The position numbers and the translations under genes are program-made. From assembly GCA_001600695.1 (NCBI GenBank), contig BCKQ01000002.1:240513-304512 (forward strand): DNA of 64,000 bases, read 5' to 3'. Below are positions 56,856-64,000 of this stretch, piece after piece. This stretch comes from Ascoidea asiatica JCM 7603 (lineage: Eukaryota; Fungi; Ascomycota). Each line of letters begins with the position of its first letter. Position 1 is the first letter of the stretch. The notes under the pieces are model-generated. The model was not told where the DNA came from. It ran no database searches and saw only the letters and a list, made by a program, of their open reading frames with translations.

Positions 56856-58295
56856 ATGAATTCAATTCAGTTTATTGCAAATAAAGTGGATAAAGCTTTA
56901 ACAATATCAAATGATTTAGATATTAATACAAAAATGTTATCTAATCAAAATCAAAATCAAAATCAAAACTTAAATCAAAATTTAAATATAAATTCAAATT
57001 CAAATTCAAAACTTATACATACTTCTTCTATTTCTCCTAATTCTATAACTCAAATCAAAAAATATACAACCACAAGTAATAATATTAACAATAATACTGG
57101 TTTAGTAACAATTCAAGAATCAATAGAAGATAATTCAAATTTAATTAAAAATTCAGAAACTGATAACATTAATAATATAAATAATATAACTAATATAACT
57201 AATAATAAAATTGATAATTCTATAAATGATATTAAAATTATATCTTTTAAGAAAAAATTACTTAATTTTTTAATATTATTATTAAATTTCTTATTCTTTA
57301 TACCAAATATTTTAATTATTAATCCAATAATTCAATTAGCTTATTTCTTAACTTATCCTTTAAGATTTTTAGAATATGATAGAAAAAATTCAAATTCAAA
57401 TCCAAGTTCAATCAATGACCCTTATATAATAAATAATGATAATAATAATAATAATAATAATATAATAAAAACCAAATCAATAAATGAAAAGGAAAAGAAA
57501 AATGAATTAGAAAATATAAATAAAAATATAAATAAAAATATAAATAAAAATCAAATTCAAATTGAAAATCAAATTGAAAATGATTCAAATTTATCTTTAT
57601 CTTTATCTTTAAAAAATGATTCATTAAAATCTCCAACTTCTTCAACTCAAGCTACAACTGAAATTACAAAACAATTACCAAAAGCTTTATTTTATAAAAT
57701 TAATACTTCTGATCCTTCAAAATTACCAAAAAAAACTTTAATTTTAGATTTAGATGAAACTTTAATACATTCATTATCAAAAACAAATAGATTAACTTCT
57801 TCATCTGCTCATATGGTTGAAGTTAAATTAAATAATAATTTAGCAACTTTATATTATGTTTATAAAAGACCATATTGTGATGATTTTTTAAATTTAGTTA
57901 GTTCTTGGTTTAATTTAATAATTTTTACAGCTTCTGTAAAAGATTATGCAGATCCAATAATAAATTGGTTAGAAAAAGAAAAACAATATTTTTTTAAAAG
58001 ATATTATAGAGATGATTGTATATTTAGAGATGGTGTTGGTTATATTAAAGATTTATCAATTGTTAATGATATTCATTTATCAAGAATAATTATGATTGAT
58101 AATTCTCCAATAAGTTATTCTCAAAATCTTGAAAATGCAATAAGAATTGAAGGTTGGATAGATGATCCAACTGATACTGAATTATTAGAATTGTTACCTT
58201 TATTAAATTCTTTAAGATTTACAAATGATATTAGAACAATCTTAGGTCTTAAAAATGGTGAACCTTTTTTCAGTCGACGAAAATCTTATATTTAA
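56856..58295 (+). CDS. NEM1: Nem1 (CTDNEP1/Dullard) HAD phosphatase catalytic subunit
   Basis: TM segment, then FCP1-like domain KKTLILDLDETLIHS, YVYKRPYCD.FL, IFTASV..YADP, YIKDLS, IDNSP, DPTDTELL.LLP. Confidence 0.88.
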   Translation: MNSIQFIANKVDKALTISNDLDINTKMLSNQNQNQNQNLNQNLNINSNSNSKLIHTSSISPNSITQIKKYTTTSNNINNNTGLVTIQESIEDNSNLIKNSETDNINNINNITNITNNKIDNSINDIKIISFKKKLLNFLILLLNFLFFIPNILIINPIIQLAYFLTYPLRFLEYDRKNSNSNPSSINDPYIINNDNNNNNNNIIKTKSINEKEKKNELENINKNINKNINKNQIQIENQIENDSNLSLSLSLKNDSLKSPTSSTQATTEITKQLPKALFYKINTSDPSKLPKKTLILDLDETLIHSLSKTNRLTSSSAHMVEVKLNNNLATLYYVYKRPYCDDFLNLVSSWFNLIIFTASVKDYADPIINWLEKEKQYFFKRYYRDDCIFRDGVGYIKDLSIVNDIHLSRIIMIDNSPISYSQNLENAIRIEGWIDDPTDTELLELLPLLNSLRFTNDIRTILGLKNGEPFFSRRKSYI

Positions 58296-59236
58296 AGAAG
58301 ATTAAAAACCAAATTTACTCTTTTTCTATTTTCCTTTTTTATTTTTTTATTCTTTTATTCTTTTATTCTTTTCTTATTTTCTTGTTTTCTTATTTTTTTT
58401 TAATTACTTCTAAGTCTAATTATTACTATAAAATTGCTCTTTTTTTTATATAATTTCTGGCTTATAAAATGGGTATGAAAATAATTAATCAATTTGTTGA
58501 TCATTCATTCACTTATACTATAAATTTATAATTAATTAATTAATTCCCTAATAACTCTATATCTTTTTATTCTTTCTAATACCAAAAGTTAATCTCATAT
58601 TTTTTCAATTTTTACTTAATTATTGCACTTTTTTTTTTATTTCAAAAAGTATATCTATCATATAAAAATATAAATTCAATAAAATACACTTAATAAATAA
58701 AACTTCAAATAAAACTAAATTAGAATGTAAGATCATTCAATCCTAAGGATATAATTTCAATTGAACATTTATTATATCTTTCTTATCATAACCATTATGA
58801 TTAATTTCATATCTAGATTTATATGAATATGAATTAACTTCTTCATCTTGAATCTTTCTTCTCTTTCCTCAATTTCAGCTTCGTGTTCTAACAAGAATAA
58901 ACCAAAAAAGACATTTCAAAAAGTAAAATTCCGACACGTGACTGTACAGTAACACTAATTTTGAAGTGCTGCTTTATTTCACTCGCATTTGAAAGAGTGA
59001 AATAATAATGTAATTGAATAGCTGATTAGCTGAATAGCTGAATAAATAGATAATTTAATAATTCATCATTAATTAATTAGATAGTTTGATAATTTATTGA
59101 TCATTTTCGAATTGAAGTTACTTATTTCTTTTATTACCTAGCTATTGCTTTATGCTTCTCATTCAATTATAATTATACTAAAAGTTATATTTATTGGTTT
59201 TAATCTTTTTTTTATTTAAAAATTTAATGAATTAAA

Positions 59237-60427
59237 ATGTCAGAAGCAATTGCTAATTATTTACTTATATCTTTACCAAATGATTCAACACCAATTAATT
59301 ATAATGATTTATCAAGTTATTTGGAACAGAATTTATTAAATGGTAAATCAGTTATTTCAAAATTTATTATTCCTTCTTTTAGAATTGGAACTTTAGATTC
59401 TCTTGTTGAAGAATCTGAAGAATTAAGTAAAATTGATGTTCAATTATTTTCTTCATTGGGTAAAATTAATGATATTTTAAATACAATATTTGATCATAAT
59501 AAAGGATTATTAATGGCAAGTAAATCAATTAATAATAAATCACCTATTGAATTTATTGAAAGTTTTAATTGGAATTTATCAAAATATAGAATTGAAAATA
59601 AATCAATTAAACAATTAACAGATTCTATATCAAGTGATGCATTTGATATTGATAATGATTTAAGAAATTTATTTAATTCATATAATATTGCAAAAACTAA
59701 TTTATCTGCAGCTAATAGAAAACAAAATGGTGATTTAACTGTTAGATCTTTACATGATATTGTTGGACCACAAAATTTTGTTTTAAATTCAGAACATTTA
59801 CAAACTTTATTAATAGTTGTTCCAAAAAGTTTGCAAAAAGAATGGATTACATCATATGAAAATTTATCAAAATTTGTTGTACCAAGATCTTCTGAACAAA
59901 TTTATGATGATGGTGAATATGTTCTTAATAATGTAACAATTTTTAAAAAATATACTCAAGAATTTTTAAATAATTGTAGAGAAAAAAAATATATACATAG
60001 AGAATTTAATTATTCAGAAGATTTAGTAAATAAATTAAAAAAAGAATTTGATTCAGCTTCAAGAGAAGAATATCAATTAAAAGGTGAATTAATGAGATTA
60101 TCAAAAACTTCTTATACATATATTTTATCATCTTGGATTCATATTAAATCTTTAAGAGTCTTTGTAGAAAGTATTTTAAGATATGGTTTACCACCAAATT
60201 TTACATCTTTCTTAATTAGATCTTCAAATTTAAGTTCAAGTGAATCAAAAAAATCATTAATTAAAGCTAAAAATGATTTAATAAAACAATTTGGTTATTT
60301 AGGTGGTAATGCATTTAATAAAGATAAATATGGAAAAGTATTAAAAGATAATTCATTAAGTCAATATTCATCTTTAGTTGATACAGAATATGAACCTTTT
60401 GTTTTATTTGATGTGGAAGTTTTATAA
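59237..60427 (+). CDS. VMA5: V-ATPase V1 subunit C
   Basis: IPSFRIGTLDSLV, GDLTVRSLHDIV, VVPRSS, WIHIKSLRVFVESILRYGLPP, YEPFV. Confidence 0.96.
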   Translation: MSEAIANYLLISLPNDSTPINYNDLSSYLEQNLLNGKSVISKFIIPSFRIGTLDSLVEESEELSKIDVQLFSSLGKINDILNTIFDHNKGLLMASKSINNKSPIEFIESFNWNLSKYRIENKSIKQLTDSISSDAFDIDNDLRNLFNSYNIAKTNLSAANRKQNGDLTVRSLHDIVGPQNFVLNSEHLQTLLIVVPKSLQKEWITSYENLSKFVVPRSSEQIYDDGEYVLNNVTIFKKYTQEFLNNCREKKYIHREFNYSEDLVNKLKKEFDSASREEYQLKGELMRLSKTSYTYILSSWIHIKSLRVFVESILRYGLPPNFTSFLIRSSNLSSSESKKSLIKAKNDLIKQFGYLGGNAFNKDKYGKVLKDNSLSQYSSLVDTEYEPFVLFDVEVL

Positions 60428-61013
60428 ACACAATCTAATTCAAACTTTTAACAATTATAAACAAAAAAAATAAATACTATCAATAAACCTTTTCATAATT
60501 TTTTAATTTTTTTTTTGTTTTATAAATTCTTATAAAAACTAATAAAAACTATTTATAGTGAATATTTGTATCTCGATAACATTAGCATTGTAAAGATCGA
60601 AAGAAGCTTTAATTCCACGCCACCTAGAACTTAGCCATAGTCGGGCTGATGAAAATGGCTCGTTGCCAGGCGCTGTGGCGTTGTGGCGTCGTACCGGTGG
60701 ATCAGTCAGCCAGGAATGGCAGCAAGGAATGGCAGTGTTTGCAGTAACCGGTAATTCTACAATCATAACGTTACTCTACACTCTTCAAGCTTCATACTCT
60801 TTTCTGTCAGTTACAACGACCCTTTTTCAAAACAGTAGATCTGGCAATCAGTCCATTAGAAAAGTATTACTACAGATCATAATTGATAATTGGTAGTTAA
60901 TTCCTTTTTATAATATTATATTAATTCATATTAATGTTCTGCAAGTTGTATTGTAAAGTATTCAATATTCTTTTTGATAAATATAAAGAAGAGAATTTGT
61001 CTCAGTTTTAAAA

Positions 61014-63614
61014 ATGTTAAAAATGTTTTCTTCGGCAGCGTCAAATCTGACTAAAATTTCGGATTCAAATACAATTACTCCAATATCAAGTCCAAAAAAG
61101 AGAGATTTAAATACAAACATATCATCAGGTTCAAATTATAATCAATTAAATGAATCTTTGAATTCTGTAGATTTATCAAGAACTGATTCAATACCTTCTA
61201 CTTCTTTGAATTTAAGTTCTCCATTAAAATTCGTTTCTAATTCAAATAATTCAAATAATAATAGTAATTCAAATATTGTTAATATAAAAGTAATTGCAAG
61301 ATTTAGACCTGAAAATGATCAAGAAAAAGAAGATAAAAATGATCCAATTGTATCTTTTCCAAATGAAACAAGTGTAGATTTTAAATCATCAGATATTTCT
61401 TCAAGTTTTACTTTTGATAGAGTTTTTAAACCTGAATCAACTCAAGTTGAGATTTTTGATTATTCTATTAATCAAACTGTTGATGATTTATTTAAAGGTT
61501 ATAATGGAACAATTTTAGCTTATGGTCAAACAGGTTCTGGTAAAACTTTCACAATGATGGGAAAAGATATTGATAATGATTTATCAAAAGGTTTAATTCC
61601 AAGAATAACTGAAAAAATTTTTGAATTTATTTCAAATTCTTCTTCTGATGTTGAATTTACTGTTGGTATATCTTATATGGAAATTTATATGGAACAAATT
61701 AGAGATTTACTTGTACCACAAACAAATCCATTAAGAAATTCTGCAAAATTATCAATTCATGAAGATAAAGAAAATGGTGTTTATGTTAAAGGTCTTAAAA
61801 AAATTTATGTAGCTTCAATTGAAGATGTTTATGATTTAATGAAAGATGGTAATGAATCAAGAGTTGTTAGATCAACAAATATGAATTTAGAATCTTCAAG
61901 ATCTCATGCAATTTTTCAAATTGAGTTAACTCAAAAATTAATCACTGCTGGTGAAATTAAAAAAGGTACTTTAAGTTTTGTAGATTTAGCAGGTTCTGAA
62001 AAAATTGGTAAAACTGGTGCTTCTGGTCAAACTCTTGAAGAAGCTAAAAAAATTAATAGTTCTTTAAGTTCTTTAGGTAATGTTATAAATGCTTTAACTG
62101 ATGGAAAATCAACTCATATTCCATATAGAGATTCAAAATTAACAAGAATTTTACAAGAATCTTTAGGTGGTAATTCAAGAACAAGTTTAATAATAAATTG
62201 TTCACCTTCAAAAATTAATGATATGGAAACTTTATCAAGTTTAAGATTTGGTTTTAGAGCTAAAAATATTAAAAATAAAGCTCATATAAATACTGAATTA
62301 TCTTCTGCAGAACTTAAAAAAAAAGTTTTAAAATTATCTCAAGATAATGAAATTAATAAAAAATATATTGATCTGTTAAAAAATGAATTAGTTCTTTGGA
62401 GAACTGGTAAAGCACCAATACAATCTTCTTGGATACCTTTAAGTGGTGAAATAAATGAATTGAATGATTTAAAAGAAATAAATAATAATGAAGAATCTAA
62501 TTCAAGTAATAAAAATAAATTAGTAGAAAGTCTGAATTCACTTTTACAAAATGATTTAAATAAACTTAAAAATTTAAATATCAATAATAATTCTAATAAT
62601 ATAAGTCTGGAAAATTCTATAAAATCTTTATCAACTTTTTCTATACCTGACAAAATAACTGATAATACAAATAATAATACATCAAATGAATATCTTGAAA
62701 ATATGGTAAAAAGATTAAAATATAATTTAATGAAAGCAGAAAAAAATAATGAAGCTTTATTAGTGGATTTACAAGAAAGATGTCAAAGAGTTATTGATCT
62801 TGAAGTTGAATTAGATCAAATTAAAGATAAATATAAAAAAGAAGCTTCTTCAAAAAAAAAAATTCTTGCTTTAGAAAGAACTTTAGATCAATTTTCAAGA
62901 TCAATTTCAACTCTTGAACTTCAAAATGATATACTTAAAAGAGATATAACTAGTAGTAAAAAAGTGGCAGAAACTAGAAGTGTAAGAATTAAAACTTTAG
63001 AAGCAATGGTACAAGAACAACAACTTAATGTTGAACAAAAATTAGGTTTTTTAAAAGATCAATTATCTACTATATCTCGTAGAAATTCTACAATAAGATC
63101 AAGACCAGTATCAGCAATTTTAAATAATGTAAGTATGGGACAAGTTGATGAATTATCTTCAATTATAAATGCAAATCAGAATATAAATAAAAATGATAAT
63201 TCAACAGTAAATTCCAATAATAGAAATTCAACATTTTCAATGTTTTCTGGTTTAACAGATTTTTCATCAGGTCAAGCATTAGAAACTATTGAAGATGGTG
63301 ATACTACACCAACAAGTGATATGATGCCATTTCATATATCTAAAAGAAATTCAAATAGATTTAGTATTCGATCATCTCAAACATTTTCATCATTATCATC
63401 AGCACCAGTTGTTAATCCAAGATTTTCAATGAGTTCTTTAATGAATGGAAATAATAATAATAACAATAATAATAGTAATAATAATAATAATCATTATCCA
63501 GGATCTCCTAAGAGAAAAGATATGAATGGAGGAAATGGAGGAAAAGTTGGATTAAATTTAAGAATTGTTAAACCTTTAAGAGGTGGAGATGATAGTAAAA
63601 TTGATTCTGAATAA
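61014..63614 (+). CDS. Kinesin-1 heavy chain (positional SMY1 orthologue)
   Basis: Motor motifs AYGQTGSGKT, NLESSRSH, VDLAGSE, HIPYRDSKLTRILQESLGGNS; fungal cargo coil DLQERCQRVIDLE; tail RIVKPLRGG (IAK motif). Confidence 0.9.
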   Translation: MLKMFSSAASNLTKISDSNTITPISSPKKRDLNTNISSGSNYNQLNESLNSVDLSRTDSIPSTSLNLSSPLKFVSNSNNSNNNSNSNIVNIKVIARFRPENDQEKEDKNDPIVSFPNETSVDFKSSDISSSFTFDRVFKPESTQVEIFDYSINQTVDDLFKGYNGTILAYGQTGSGKTFTMMGKDIDNDLSKGLIPRITEKIFEFISNSSSDVEFTVGISYMEIYMEQIRDLLVPQTNPLRNSAKLSIHEDKENGVYVKGLKKIYVASIEDVYDLMKDGNESRVVRSTNMNLESSRSHAIFQIELTQKLITAGEIKKGTLSFVDLAGSEKIGKTGASGQTLEEAKKINSSLSSLGNVINALTDGKSTHIPYRDSKLTRILQESLGGNSRTSLIINCSPSKINDMETLSSLRFGFRAKNIKNKAHINTELSSAELKKKVLKLSQDNEINKKYIDLLKNELVLWRTGKAPIQSSWIPLSGEINELNDLKEINNNEESNSSNKNKLVESLNSLLQNDLNKLKNLNINNNSNNISLENSIKSLSTFSIPDKITDNTNNNTSNEYLENMVKRLKYNLMKAEKNNEALLVDLQERCQRVIDLEVELDQIKDKYKKEASSKKKILALERTLDQFSRSISTLELQNDILKRDITSSKKVAETRSVRIKTLEAMVQEQQLNVEQKLGFLKDQLSTISRRNSTIRSRPVSAILNNVSMGQVDELSSIINANQNINKNDNSTVNSNNRNSTFSMFSGLTDFSSGQALETIEDGDTTPTSDMMPFHISKRNSNRFSIRSSQTFSSLSSAPVVNPRFSMSSLMNGNNNNNNNNSNNNNNHYPGSPKRKDMNGGNGGKVGLNLRIVKPLRGGDDSKIDSE

Positions 63615-63904
63615 TATACGTATGTAAATTCAAAATAACAAAATATTAGGTTTTTCTCTTTTTTTTTTTTTTTTTTTTTATAAATTTTAGTCATTTTATT
63701 TATTCATTTACTTAGGACTTTTTTCGTGTTATATAATTTTTTATTAGTTGTATAGAATTTGCTATTTTTTTTATAATATTTTCAAAAGGTTTTTTAAATA
63801 TAATTTTTTATAAGTAATAATTAATTAAATAGTGAGTGTAATATTATAATTTATAAGTTTATATGATTATTTAAAGATTTGTATTATGTATCAAATTAAA
63901 CACA

Positions 63905-63905
<1 letters not shown>

Positions 63906-64000
<95 letters not shown>
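63906..64000 (+). repeat. Poly(A) run of at least 95 nt reaching the window end
   Basis: Uninterrupted A from 63906 to 64000. Confidence 0.95.

Overview
Very AT-rich eukaryotic genomic DNA from a budding yeast (Saccharomycotina). Evidence is yeast-type spliceosomal introns (GT...TACTAAC...YAG) and clear orthologues of yeast genes. Asn-rich low-complexity proteins and CTG avoidance suggest an Ascoidea-like lineage, but this is inference only. About 24 protein-coding loci, in order: UBX6/7-like (5' partial), MSN2/4-like C2H2 TF, ERG9, a Flo11-domain GPI adhesin, KRE6/SKN1, CHM7, TRM112, a degenerate long-tailed HGT1-like sugar porter, CET1, CCM1, an MPR1-like GNAT split by a -1 frameshift, IMP2, LSC1, a PQ-loop transporter, a divergent SEC23 paralogue, SBE2-like, a short Zn2Cys6 TF, RLM1, ALA1, ETT1, TMC1, NEM1, VMA5 and a kinesin-1. 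Four introns missed by the ORF track were reconstructed by hand (ERG9, HGT1-like, SEC23-like, RLM1). Best leads: (1) the MPR1-like frameshift falls on an in-frame U UUU UUA heptamer followed by a weak hairpin (programmed -1 frameshift versus homopolymer error); (2) a sensor-like sugar porter with an unusual GTACTT/AAG intron; (3) a canonical-motor, short-stalk kinesin-1 at the SMY1 syntenic position; (4) two structured intergenic elements; (5) GC-rich promoter islands carrying TCACGTG. No tRNA, rRNA, transposon or CRISPR was recognised. All calls were made by eye without database searches.
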